A DNA stretch of 64,000 nt from an uncultured Rickettsiales bacterium (GTDB taxonomy: Bacteria > Myxococcota_A > UBA796 > UBA9615 > CAYRNR01): contig CAZXHG010000008.1 of the NCBI GenBank assembly GCA_964639985.1, forward strand, positions 2,116-66,115. The letters are read 5' to 3'. Below are positions 1 to 11,023 of this stretch, piece after piece (position 1 is the first letter of the stretch; the number at the start of each line of letters is the position of its first letter). Below the pieces are notes generated by a model. It saw only the letters and a list, made by a program, of their open reading frames with translations. It was not told the DNA's origin and made no database searches. The translations under genes and the position numbers were made by a program.

Positions 1-2022
<2,022 letters not shown>

Positions 2023-2136
2023 GGCGCTCTCCACTTGGGTTGGAATGCAAATGATAGGTGAAACGCGTGTCAGCCTGGGACCTATGTTGAAACCTGCGCG
2101 CCTTCCGGGCGTTGGTGTGCACGGGAGGTCGGCGCG

Positions 2137-3561
2137 ATGCTGAACGGCGGGCCGCTGTTGATGGCGGCCGTACTACTGTCCGTCACCCCGCAGGACGAGA
2201 GCCGCGAGGCTCGCGCCGACCCCACCGAGATATCCCTCGACGCGAGCCTGCAGGCCTTCGTCGGCGACGACGAGGCCGTCGACCGCCTGCTCACCGCCGT
2301 GGACGACACCGCCCGGGACCTGACTCCCCGGCTCGCCGCTGTCGGCCCGGCAACCGAGGACCAGGTGACGTGGCTGCTACGCGACCGCGTACTGGACAAT
2401 CTGGAGCACAAGCAGGGGCTGGGACAGCAACGTGGCCGCGGGTTCGCCATGGACGAAGACGAGATCCGGCGCACTGTGATCGGGTACGAGGCGTTCAAGA
2501 TCGAGGCCTACGTCACCTCGGGCGTGTTCCCCAAGCGCTACTTCGGCTACGTCGACGGCAAGTGGGACACGGCGATCCACGAGTACACCCTGGCGCAGAC
2601 CACCCACACCGCGGTCGAGGTGATCAACCGCTGGCTGGCCGAGCAGGGGGATCCGCTGCGTATCAACGATCAGGAGGTGGCCGTGACCTGGGTGGCCGAG
2701 GGGGGCGCGCTGCTGCTCGGCGAGGACCAGGACGGGATGAACCAGGTGCACCCGGTGTTCGGCGTGGGCCTGGACGACATCGCCTCGGGCACGGACGAGC
2801 TCGCCGGACTGATGGCCGACCTCGACGAGGCCATGGGCACGGACCTGTCCGGGATCGTGCGCTGGCAGGAGGACGACAGCGGCGACCGGGTGGCCATGCT
2901 GCACCGCTACATGACCTACGAGGAGTCCATCGCAGGCACCGCGCTGATGTGGGTCTGGGAGAAGCGGATCGCCCAGCGGAAGCTGAAGAAGGCCGGGCGC
3001 ACCCTGCTGCACAATCGGCCCCTGGACGAGCAGTTCATCCTCGGCTCGCTGGTCTACAACTCCGGCCTGATCCACGACGAGGGCCGGGAGCTGATGATCC
3101 GGGATCTGCAGTGCGGCCCGTGGCTCAAGGCCAGCTCGGACCGCAACGCGCACCGCCGTAGCGAGCTGAACCTGGTGCGGCCGGCCGACGCGCTGGCCGA
3201 GCTGCTGACCGGACACGGCTACCGGGACCAGTGGACGTCGTGGCTGGCCGTGTACCACGTGACCCAGCGCTACGGCGGTTGGCTCGGGCTGTCGCGCTTC
3301 ACCGACGTGTTCGACGGCGCCGGCAGTTACGACATGGACCGGTGGGCCTCGTGGAAGGAGGGGTGGGATCTGGCTGGCGGCGCGGACGCGGCCCGGGTCG
3401 AGCCGCAGACCCTGGAGGAGCCGGTCCCGGTCGGGTCGTCGGCAGCGATCTGGCCCTGGTTCGGCGGCGGCGTCGCGGCCAGCGCGATCGTGATCGCGGT
3501 GGTCTCCTTGTGGGGGAGGCTGCGACGCGGTCGTCTCAGAAGAGATCTTCGAGCACGATGA
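2137..3561 (+). CDS. Hypothetical protein with an N-terminal signal/anchor and a C-terminal transmembrane segment plus Arg tail; no family recognised.
   Basis: 474-aa ORF with balanced, Trp/Tyr-containing composition and an N-terminal hydrophobic segment. The C-terminus reads AAIWPWFGGGVAASAIVIAVVSLWGRLRRGRLRR. Competing ORFs on other frames are Arg/Pro junk. Confidence 0.55.
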   Translation: MLNGGPLLMAAVLLSVTPQDESREARADPTEISLDASLQAFVGDDEAVDRLLTAVDDTARDLTPRLAAVGPATEDQVTWLLRDRVLDNLEHKQGLGQQRGRGFAMDEDEIRRTVIGYEAFKIEAYVTSGVFPKRYFGYVDGKWDTAIHEYTLAQTTHTAVEVINRWLAEQGDPLRINDQEVAVTWVAEGGALLLGEDQDGMNQVHPVFGVGLDDIASGTDELAGLMADLDEAMGTDLSGIVRWQEDDSGDRVAMLHRYMTYEESIAGTALMWVWEKRIAQRKLKKAGRTLLHNRPLDEQFILGSLVYNSGLIHDEGRELMIRDLQCGPWLKASSDRNAHRRSELNLVRPADALAELLTGHGYRDQWTSWLAVYHVTQRYGGWLGLSRFTDVFDGAGSYDMDRWASWKEGWDLAGGADAARVEPQTLEEPVPVGSSAAIWPWFGGGVAASAIVIAVVSLWGRLRRGRLRRDLRAR

Positions 3562-5041
3562 CACCGACTCCCCTGGCCTCGGCCTCACGTCGGAAGCCGG
3601 CCGTCCCCTCCCGGGACAGTGCCAGGTGGTGCGACGTCCGCCACGTGCCCGCTCCGGATGGGCGGTGGACCTTGCGCAGCACCTGGTCCACCAGGTCGCC
3701 GGATGCGTCCGGATCACGAGCGAGCCACTTGGCCTCGATGATCCGCACCTCCCGGTCGTCCAGCCCCTCGACGACAACGTCGATCTGCGTGGTGCCGGCC
3801 TCCCAGTAGGTACCCACGCGGTACCGCCCGGAGCGTAGACCGAGCTTCTCGAACAGGGCCGGGCTCCGCGCCGACTCGTCGGCCTGGCCGCGCTCGATCA
3901 ACGTGGTCAGCAACAGTTCGAATGCCCGGCCACTGAAGTTCGGGATGTGGTAGCCGGTGCGCGAGCCGAGTACTTCGGCCGGGAACAGCAGTCCACGCTC
4001 GTTGCCCTGGATCCGAGCCTCCAGCGGGGCCAGGACGCGGTAGTAGAGGTTGAGGTAGGGATCGTCCATGTAGAACCGGACTCCTGCGCGGTTCTTCTTC
4101 GAACGACCGAGGGGCTGCCTCTCCTGGATCAGACCGTAGTCCAGCAGCCGGTCCAGGATGCGGTGCGTGGTGTCCTGTGCCAGTCCGGTCCGGCGGACGA
4201 TGCTGGCCTGGGTTGCACCGTCCTGTCCGAGGGAGGCCAGCACGTGCTTGACCCGCGCGCGGGGGCCGATCCGGGTGGTCTCCAGTTTCAGGATCGCGTC
4301 GATCTCCTCCAGGAAGATGGTGTCGCGACAGAACAAGGCGCTGTTGATCGCCCGGATGAAGTTGGGCTCCGGGCGGATCTGCTCCAGGTAGTAGGGCACC
4401 CCTCCGAGCATCATGGCCACGAGGCAGATCTCCTCGTCGGTCCAGTCGGGGAAGTAGTACTCGGCGATCTCCGCCAGGGAGAAGGGCTGGACCCAGATCG
4501 TGGCGTGTGTACGCAAGCCCCTGAGAACGGCCTGCTCGCCGTCGGCGTAGCGGTGGAAGAAGCGGTTGGACGAGCCGGACAGCAGCAGCTTGAAGCGGCC
4601 GGGGCGTTTCCACTCCGACCAGTGCTCCTTCAAGGTTCCGCAGAAGCCGGCCCCGCGGGGTGCGAGCCACTGGACCTCGTCGAGGAGCAGCAGGAAGGGC
4701 GAGGCATCGGTTCTCGTGGCAGCATGGCTGCCGACCTGGCGAAAGATCTCGTCCCAGGTCAACTCCGTGGACCTCAGTCGGGTCAACCAGCGACGTCTCG
4801 TGAACCTGTCCCACTCCGCCGCGAACCTCCGCTGGGAGACGCGGGTGCTCTCGTCGTCGCGGCCCATGAAGTAGAAGCAATTGTCGTGGCCGGCGTGCAC
4901 GCGTCTGAGCAGTTCGGTCTTGCCGATCCGGCGACGGCCGCGGACGTGGGTGAGGCCTGGACCGTCATCGCTGAGGAATGAAGCGACCCGGGCCAGTTCC
5001 TGCTGGCGGCCGTGGAAGACGAACGGCATCGACGAGGGCAT
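3536..5041 (-). CDS. AAA+ ATPase of the archaeal-ATPase / DUF234 family (P-loop NTPase with a C-terminal DUF234 restriction-endonuclease-like domain).
   Basis: Walker A is GRRRIGKTELL and Walker B is LLLLDEVQWL. The C-terminal third resembles DUF234. The ATG at 5041 is preceded by AGGAG with a 6-nt spacer. The track's TTG start at 5092 lies inside the AT-rich region and is less likely. Confidence 0.8.
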   Translation of the reverse strand: MPSSMPFVFHGRQQELARVASFLSDDGPGLTHVRGRRRIGKTELLRRVHAGHDNCFYFMGRDDESTRVSQRRFAAEWDRFTRRRWLTRLRSTELTWDEIFRQVGSHAATRTDASPFLLLLDEVQWLAPRGAGFCGTLKEHWSEWKRPGRFKLLLSGSSNRFFHRYADGEQAVLRGLRTHATIWVQPFSLAEIAEYYFPDWTDEEICLVAMMLGGVPYYLEQIRPEPNFIRAINSALFCRDTIFLEEIDAILKLETTRIGPRARVKHVLASLGQDGATQASIVRRTGLAQDTTHRILDRLLDYGLIQERQPLGRSKKNRAGVRFYMDDPYLNLYYRVLAPLEARIQGNERGLLFPAEVLGSRTGYHIPNFSGRAFELLLTTLIERGQADESARSPALFEKLGLRSGRYRVGTYWEAGTTQIDVVVEGLDDREVRIIEAKWLARDPDASGDLVDQVLRKVHRPSGAGTWRTSHHLALSREGTAGFRREAEARGVGVIVLEDLF

Positions 5042-5061
5042 CGGCAGCTCCTGATGGCCGG

Positions 5062-5215
5062 GGATACAAGAACATGATTTTAACCGACGCAACGATTCAG
5101 ATCATGTTTTTAGTCAAGCGGCTTCAGTGCATTTTGCCGGAACTCTTTGAAATAGTGCTGAAAAATTAAGTAGTTAAAAACATGAATTTTGAGGAGGAGC
5201 AGTTTTAGATCATGT
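5062..5215. repeat. AT-rich (~30% GC) intergenic segment carrying two diverged copies of a composite motif: AACATGA(A)TTTT, a spacer, then AGATCATGTTTTT.
   Basis: The 13-mer AGATCATGTTTTT occurs at 5098-5110 and 5206-5218. AACATGATTTT is at 5071-5081 and AACATGAATTTT at 5180-5191. Each half-site pair is 29 bp apart and the pairs are 108 bp apart, in a ~70% GC genome. Confidence 0.6.
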
Positions 5216-5242
5216 TTTTCCCGGACCGCGGACAGGACCAGC

Positions 5243-5254
5243 CGGTGCTATCCT
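5243..5254 (+). promoter_or_regulatory. Putative extended -10 promoter element CGGTGCTATCCT (TGn + TATCCT) upstream of the acyl-CoA synthetase gene.
   Basis: The same 12-mer occurs at 12411-12422, and the 10-mer GTGCTATCCT also at 9385-9394, each 13-30 nt upstream of a start codon. It matches the TGnTAnnnT pattern. Confidence 0.3.
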
Positions 5255-5282
5255 CCCCAGCCGCACAGCCAGGAGTCCTCCC

Positions 5283-7034
5283 ATGCCCGACGTCCCCCTC
5301 CGCAACGGCGTCCCCCAGTACACCCTGGAGCACTTCGAGCAGGACTTCGCCGACCGCCACCTTCTGCACGGCGTCCTCGGCAAGTGGGCCCAGGAGCGGC
5401 CCGAGGCGATCGCGATCACCAACGCCGACACGGGCGACCACATCTCGTGGGACCGGCTGGACCGCACCACCACCGCGTTCGCCCTGGCGTTGCTCGATCT
5501 GGGATTCCGCAAGGGGGACGTGTTCGTCACCTCGCTGCCGTTCCTCTCCGAGCACGTGTACCTGGCCTACGCCTGCTTCAAGATCGGCGTGGTGCTCGCC
5601 CCGCTGGACCTGCGGCTCAAGGGCCCGGAGGTGATCCGGTCGATCGAGCTGGTCGAGGCCAGGGGCTACGCCTTCCTCGGCCAGACCGAGCACGCGGACT
5701 TCCGCGAGCTGGGCCGGGCCGTCAAGAAGAACTGCCCGTCGGTCGAGCACTTCATCCAGTTCTCGCCCCCGGACCAGACCGTGATCCACGGCGCCATGTC
5801 GGCCAGCCGGTTCGCGGCGGGGGCCATCGAGCTGGGGACCGCGGCCATGACCACGCCCGGGACCTCGGACCTGGCCAAGCTGTTCCTCTTCGCCACCACG
5901 GCGGTGGAGGAGACCGACGGTGCGCTGGTGATCTTCACCACCGGCTCCACCGGCTACCCCAAGCCCGCGCTGCTGAGTCACCGGGCCATCACCTGCCAGA
6001 ACATGTGCCTGGGCGCGGCCTTTGGCATGGACGCGGACGGGGACCGCATGCTGGTCAACCTGCCGCCGTCCCACGTGGGGGGCATGACCGAGCAGCTGAT
6101 GACGCCGCTGTTCTGGGGCACACGCGCGGTGCTGCTGCACATCTTCGACCCGGAGAAGACCTTGCGCGCCATCGAGCAGCACCGGGTGACCTCGTTCGGC
6201 CAGATCCCGGCCCTGTTCGCCATGGAGTGGCGGCTGCCGGACTACGGGGATTTCGACCTGTCCAGCCTCAACTTCGCCCTGTACGGCGGCCAGCAGGTGA
6301 GCCGTCAGTTCCTCGACCAGCTCGCCGCCATGGCGCCGGGGTTCGGCACCGGGCTGGGCCTGACCGAGGCGGCCGGGTTCTGCACCTACACGCCGCTGGA
6401 CGGCAGCGTGGACGACATCCTCGCGGGCGTGGGCTTCGACATGCCCGTGTACCCGATGACGATCCGCGCGCCCATGAAGGGCGACGGTGGCGCGGGCGAC
6501 GTGCTGGCCGCCGGCGAGGTGGGCGACATCTGCTTCGAGGGGCCGCAGAACTTCCTGGGGTACGTCAACGACCCGGAGGCCACGGCCCGCGCCCTGTCCT
6601 CCGACGGCGTGCTGTACACCGGGGACATGGGCTACGTGGACGGCCAGGGGCTGCACTTCTCCGGCCGGGGCAAGCTGGTGATCAAGCCCAAGGGCTACCA
6701 GGTGTTCCCCGCCCAGGTGGAGGAACACTTCTGCGATCTGAGCGAGTCCGTGGCCGCCTGCGCGGTGGTCGGCGTGCAGCACGAGGTGTTCAGCGAGGCC
6801 ATCGTGGCCTACGTGGAGCCGAAGCCCGGCGCGTCGCCGGATCTGGCCGCGATGGCCGCGCACGCCCGCGGGCTGGCCGCGTACATGCGACCCTCCCACT
6901 ACGTGCTGCTGGAGCCGGCGGGCATGCCGCTCAACCGGGTGGCCAAGACCGATTACGTGGAACTGGGTAAGATGGCCCGGGCCGAGGTGGACCGGCTGCG
7001 CGAGCAGGGCGGCTGGGACCGCGGCCAGGAGTGA
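5283..7034 (+). CDS. AMP-dependent synthetase/ligase (acyl-CoA synthetase family).
   Basis: AMP-binding signature FTTGSTGYPK, 583 aa. An AGGAG RBS sits 8 nt upstream of the ATG. Confidence 0.9.
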   Translation: MPDVPLRNGVPQYTLEHFEQDFADRHLLHGVLGKWAQERPEAIAITNADTGDHISWDRLDRTTTAFALALLDLGFRKGDVFVTSLPFLSEHVYLAYACFKIGVVLAPLDLRLKGPEVIRSIELVEARGYAFLGQTEHADFRELGRAVKKNCPSVEHFIQFSPPDQTVIHGAMSASRFAAGAIELGTAAMTTPGTSDLAKLFLFATTAVEETDGALVIFTTGSTGYPKPALLSHRAITCQNMCLGAAFGMDADGDRMLVNLPPSHVGGMTEQLMTPLFWGTRAVLLHIFDPEKTLRAIEQHRVTSFGQIPALFAMEWRLPDYGDFDLSSLNFALYGGQQVSRQFLDQLAAMAPGFGTGLGLTEAAGFCTYTPLDGSVDDILAGVGFDMPVYPMTIRAPMKGDGGAGDVLAAGEVGDICFEGPQNFLGYVNDPEATARALSSDGVLYTGDMGYVDGQGLHFSGRGKLVIKPKGYQVFPAQVEEHFCDLSESVAACAVVGVQHEVFSEAIVAYVEPKPGASPDLAAMAAHARGLAAYMRPSHYVLLEPAGMPLNRVAKTDYVELGKMARAEVDRLREQGGWDRGQE

Positions 7035-7921
7035 CCATGGCACTGCCCAAGATCGAGTCCAAGGTCGTCGGGAGGGAGTTCTCGCCCCACGACCGCGAGG
7101 TGACCTGGCGCGAGATCACCAACTACGCGGCCGCCGTGGGCGACGACAACCCCCGCTACCTCGACGACTCCCGCGCCGGTGGGATCGTGGCCCCACCCAT
7201 GTTCGCCGCGGCCGTGACCTGGCCGGTGATGCACCAGTTCAACCACCGGCTCGGCGGCGCGGTGCCGCCCCAGGTGATGCCCACGCTGGTGCACTCCAGC
7301 GAGCACCTGGTGTTCCACCGGCCGCTGCGGCCCGGGGACAGCTTGCGCATCGGCGGCGAGGCCATGGCCGTGTACCCGGGCAACTCCGGGACCCGCTTCG
7401 TGATGCGCCTGGACGCGGCCGACTTCAGCGGCGGGCCGGTGTTCTCCGAGTACGTGGGCGGCGTGTTCCGCGGTGTGGACTGCGCGGACGAGGGCGAGGG
7501 CAAGGCCAAGGTGCCGGGCTGGCCCAGGTGGCTGGACACGGAGACGCCCCAGTGGTCCGTGGAGATCGCGATCCCACGGCAGCTGCCCTACCTGTACGAC
7601 GGGTGCACGGACATCGTGTTCCCGATCCACACCTCGGTGTCGTTCGCCCGTGGCATGGGCCTGCCCGACATCGTGCTGCAGGGCACGGCCACTTTGGCCA
7701 TCGCCGCGCGCGAGGTGCTCAACCGCGAGGCCGACGGCACGCCCGAGCGGCTGCGCGAGCTGGCCTGCGAGTTCGGCCACATGGTGATCCCCGACTCCAC
7801 GATCCGCGTGGAGCTGACCCGCCGGGAGCACCGGGGCGTGGAGACGCTGGTGGGATTCAGGGTGCTCACCGGGTCGGGCAAGCAGGCGATCCGCCATGGG
7901 TTCGCGCGGTTCGCGGACTGA
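7031..7921 (+). CDS. MaoC-like (R)-specific enoyl-CoA hydratase/dehydratase, double hot-dog fold.
   Basis: N- and C-terminal MaoC-like halves. The GTG start overlaps the upstream stop (GTGA), so it is translationally coupled to the acyl-CoA synthetase. Confidence 0.8.
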   Translation: MTMALPKIESKVVGREFSPHDREVTWREITNYAAAVGDDNPRYLDDSRAGGIVAPPMFAAAVTWPVMHQFNHRLGGAVPPQVMPTLVHSSEHLVFHRPLRPGDSLRIGGEAMAVYPGNSGTRFVMRLDAADFSGGPVFSEYVGGVFRGVDCADEGEGKAKVPGWPRWLDTETPQWSVEIAIPRQLPYLYDGCTDIVFPIHTSVSFARGMGLPDIVLQGTATLAIAAREVLNREADGTPERLRELACEFGHMVIPDSTIRVELTRREHRGVETLVGFRVLTGSGKQAIRHGFARFAD

Positions 7922-7924
7922 GCC

Positions 7925-8833
7925 TCACCGCCGCCGGTCGGTCTTGTACGACTCCAACTCGTCGAGCGTGCGCGGCCAGTCCTTCTTCAGCAGCCGCGAC
8001 AGGGCCCGGTCGGCCAGCAGCTTGCCCCCGGTCTGGCAGGTGGCGCAGTAGTTGGCCTCGTTGTCCGCGTAGCGGATGCGCTGCACGGGCTTGTCGCATG
8101 CGGGGCAGGGCTGGCGGTGCCGACCGTGCACGGCCATGTCCTCGCGGAATGCGGTGACCTTGGAGGGGAACCCGTCCCCGTTCTCGTCGATCAGCCGGTC
8201 GCGCCAGGTGGTCAGCACCTCGACCGTACAGGTGAACAGGTGCGCGATGGTCGGGTCGTCGAGCTTGCCGGTGAGGCGGAACGGCGACAGCCTCGCCGCG
8301 TGCAGGATCTCGTCGGAGTAGGCGTTGCCGATGCCGCTGAACAGGCGGGGATCGGTGAGCGCCCGCTTGAGGGTGTGGTTGCCCCGCCGCAGCGCCTCGC
8401 CGAACTGCCCGGCCGTGGCGTCGAGCACCTCGAGGCCGCCGGGATCGTGCTCGGCGAGCGCGTCTTCGCCGCGCACCAGGTGCAGCGAGGCCCGCTTCTT
8501 CTTGCTGGCCTCGGTCAGCAGCAGGGCGCCGTGATCGAAGTCGAACGCGGCCAGGCCGCGGCCCCGCGGCACGACTGACCCTGGCTTCCGCCACTGCAGT
8601 CGGCCCGAGATCATCAGGTGCAGCACGGCGAACAGGTCGCCGTCGAGGCCGAATACGATGCGCTTGCCCAGCCGGTGCAGGTCGACCACCTCGCGGCCCG
8701 CGGCCTCGGCCAGCGGCGGGTCCACCGAGCGCAGCAGGAAGGGGCTGGCCAGGCGGATCCCGGTCAGGGTGCGGCCCTGGACGCGGGTACGCAGCGCGTG
8801 CAGGTACAGCTCGATGTCGGGCAGTTCGGGCAT
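7925..8833 (-). CDS. mutM: Formamidopyrimidine-DNA glycosylase (Fpg/MutM family; base-excision repair).
   Basis: N-terminus MPELPDIE carries the catalytic Pro2/Glu3. The C-terminal zinc finger is CPACDKPV...YCATCQ. Confidence 0.85.
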   Translation of the reverse strand: MPELPDIELYLHALRTRVQGRTLTGIRLASPFLLRSVDPPLAEAAGREVVDLHRLGKRIVFGLDGDLFAVLHLMISGRLQWRKPGSVVPRGRGLAAFDFDHGALLLTEASKKKRASLHLVRGEDALAEHDPGGLEVLDATAGQFGEALRRGNHTLKRALTDPRLFSGIGNAYSDEILHAARLSPFRLTGKLDDPTIAHLFTCTVEVLTTWRDRLIDENGDGFPSKVTAFREDMAVHGRHRQPCPACDKPVQRIRYADNEANYCATCQTGGKLLADRALSRLLKKDWPRTLDELESYKTDRRR

Positions 8834-9384
8834 CTCCCGGCCAGGGTAGGCGCTGACCTGGCAGCGGACAAGCGCCAGGATTTCCCCTTCTCGTCCAGCG
8901 AGGTTCTACGCACCAGACGAACGGATGCGGCGGAAATGGGGCGGCCGGCGCGGGAAGCGGGGCCCGGGAGAGGGGACGGAACCATGATCATCGAACGATG
9001 TACAGCGCTCTGGGCCGGCGCTCTCGCCGTGGTGTGCGGCGGAACCCCGTGGTCCACCGCACCCCAGTTTACCCTGGATGGCGAGATCGTCCTGTCGGAC
9101 GACTACGAGTACCGGTTCCCCGACGGGGAACTCGACGACGAGTGGTCGGTGCAGGCCACGTTCACCGCCGTCCCACCACCGTCCTCGGGCACGCTGTGGT
9201 ACCTGCTCCGTGGATCGCCGGTGGTGGTCGATCTGACCGCATCGCGCCACACCAACATCATCGACATCTGGGGCAACACCACCGGCCGGCTCCTGGTGCA
9301 CCGACGTGGACGACGGCGACGGCCTCTAGATCCACGGTCACCCGGCCTCGCGCGTTGTGGACGTGACAGGCTGCGCGCACCTGC

Positions 9385-9394
9385 GTGCTATCCT
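9385..9394 (+). promoter_or_regulatory. Putative extended -10 element GTGCTATCCT upstream of the first C25 peptidase paralog.
   Basis: Located 23 nt upstream of the GTG start at 9417. It repeats the motif found at 5245 and 12413. Confidence 0.3.
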
Positions 9395-9416
9395 GCAACG
9401 CGCACCGGAGGCCCCC

Positions 9417-10979
9417 GTGAACCCACGTCTGACCGTGCTCGCCCTGATGATCTCCCTGCTGCTACCCGCGGCCGCCCAGGCCGGGGGCGGACGCTACCTG
9501 ATCATCACCCCCGACCAGTTCGCGGACGAGGTCGCGCCGCTGGCCGACTGGAAGAGCCGCAAGGGCATGCTGGCGCACGTTGCCACCACCTCGGAGGTCG
9601 GCTACTCGACCGTGGAGATCCGCCAGTACATCGAGGAGGCGGTGACGACCTGGGATCTGGCGCCGGAGTACGTGCTGCTCGTGGGCGACATGAACGCCCT
9701 GCCCATGGCCGTGCTCGAGGGGGGGTACTCGGACACCTACTACGGCCAGGCCGACGGCGATCCGTTCATCGAGATCCACCCGGGCCGGCTGCCCGCCACC
9801 AGCGCGGTCCAGGTCGAGACCATGGTGGAGAAGATCATCCAGTACGAGCGCTACCCGACCGACGACGCCTCGTACTACCTCGACGCGATGATGACCATCG
9901 GCGAGGACTGGGACGACGACGACTGGCTGCACTACTACGGCGACTCCAACTGGGTGCAGGGCCTGATGATGAACGTGGGCTACGCCGACGTGCCGATCTA
10001 CACCCGCGGCACCACGGACAACGCCACGGCCACGGCCGAGGCGTTCCTCGAGGCCGGCGCGTCGTACGCCTCGTACCACGGCCAGATCAGCGGCACCATC
10101 GGCTGGTACGGGTTCAACATCACCCCGGCCCAGCTGCACAACGGACCCATGCTGCCGATCATCGTGTCGTTGACCTGCCAGACCATGGGCTACAACGGTG
10201 GCGGCGGGGAGCAGTGGATGCAGGCCGGCTCGCCCGGCGACCTGCGCGGCGGCGTGGGGTTCGTGGGCACCACCATCAGCTGCAGCTACTGCGCCCACTG
10301 GCGCTCTGCCATCCGCCGCGGGTTCTGGGGCCATATCTTCGAGGACACCGCCGACGAGGACGTGGTCACCTTTGGCGAGGCCGTGGAGCAGGGGCGGCTC
10401 AAGTACTACGACGAGTTCCACTCCACCAACCAGTACGTGGCGGTCAACATCTACGGCGACCCCGAACTCAACCTGTGGACTGGCCTGCCGCAGCCCATGG
10501 TGATCAGCCACCCGCCGGCCGTGCCGTGCGGCGAGACCGAGGTGCGGGTCTGCGCCGTGCTCGAAGACGGCTCCCCGCGTCCGGGGATCCGCGTGGGCCT
10601 GTACGGGCCGGACGGCGGCGCGCACGCCTGGGGCATCACCGGCGACGACGGCTGGACGACCATGGACGTGGACACCTCTCACGACGCGGTGCTGTACGTC
10701 ACGGCCACCGGCCGCAACATGATCCCCTACGAGGGGGAGGCCCTGGTGGGCGACGGCTCGGCCGCGCCCGCGGACGACGACGACACGGCGGACGACGACA
10801 CCACGGATGACGACGACGACACCGACGGGGACGACGACGACTCCCTGGTGACCGAGCCCAACGACACGGTCGAGATCGGATCGGGCGAGTGCCAGTGCAC
10901 GGCCGCGGGCGGCGCCGGTCCGCTGGCTGCGGTGCCCGTGCTGCTGGCGGCCGCTGTGGTCCTGAGACGTCGCCGCTGA
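9417..10979 (+). CDS. Peptidase C25 (gingipain-like cysteine protease) paralog 1, secreted, with an acidic linker and a C-terminal MYXO-CTERM-like sorting tail.
   Basis: Signal peptide VNPRLTVLALMISLLLPAAAQA follows a GGAGG RBS and GTG start. The catalytic region carries a His (HGQISGTIGWYG) and a Cys (SLTCQT). The tail is DDDD-rich then ECQCTAAGGAGPLAAVPVLLAAAVVLRRRR. It is 55-65% identical to the next two genes. Confidence 0.85.
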   Translation: MNPRLTVLALMISLLLPAAAQAGGGRYLIITPDQFADEVAPLADWKSRKGMLAHVATTSEVGYSTVEIRQYIEEAVTTWDLAPEYVLLVGDMNALPMAVLEGGYSDTYYGQADGDPFIEIHPGRLPATSAVQVETMVEKIIQYERYPTDDASYYLDAMMTIGEDWDDDDWLHYYGDSNWVQGLMMNVGYADVPIYTRGTTDNATATAEAFLEAGASYASYHGQISGTIGWYGFNITPAQLHNGPMLPIIVSLTCQTMGYNGGGGEQWMQAGSPGDLRGGVGFVGTTISCSYCAHWRSAIRRGFWGHIFEDTADEDVVTFGEAVEQGRLKYYDEFHSTNQYVAVNIYGDPELNLWTGLPQPMVISHPPAVPCGETEVRVCAVLEDGSPRPGIRVGLYGPDGGAHAWGITGDDGWTTMDVDTSHDAVLYVTATGRNMIPYEGEALVGDGSAAPADDDDTADDDTTDDDDDTDGDDDDSLVTEPNDTVEIGSGECQCTAAGGAGPLAAVPVLLAAAVVLRRRR

Positions 10980-10996
10980 GATCCGACCGGCCTCCC

Positions 10997-11005
10997 TGGT
11001 ATCCT
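10997..11005 (+). promoter_or_regulatory. Putative extended -10 element TGGTATCCT upstream of C25 paralog 2.
   Basis: TGn + TATCCT, 18 nt upstream of the GTG start at 11024 (GGGAGG RBS). Confidence 0.25.
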
Positions 11006-11023
11006 GTGCCCAGGGAGGTCGCC

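Noticed and set aside
2377-3777. 466-aa minus-strand ORF overlapping the 2137..3561 gene
   Set aside because: Ser/Arg/Pro-rich with no motifs. The plus-strand frame has protein-like composition with signal and anchor segments.
8618-10810. 730-aa plus-strand ORF spanning the mutM / C25 intergenic region and C25 paralog 1
   Set aside because: Except for the first ~100 codons after the ATG at 8981 (see findings), the frame is Arg/Gly/Pro junk. It overlaps the bona fide C25 gene in another frame.
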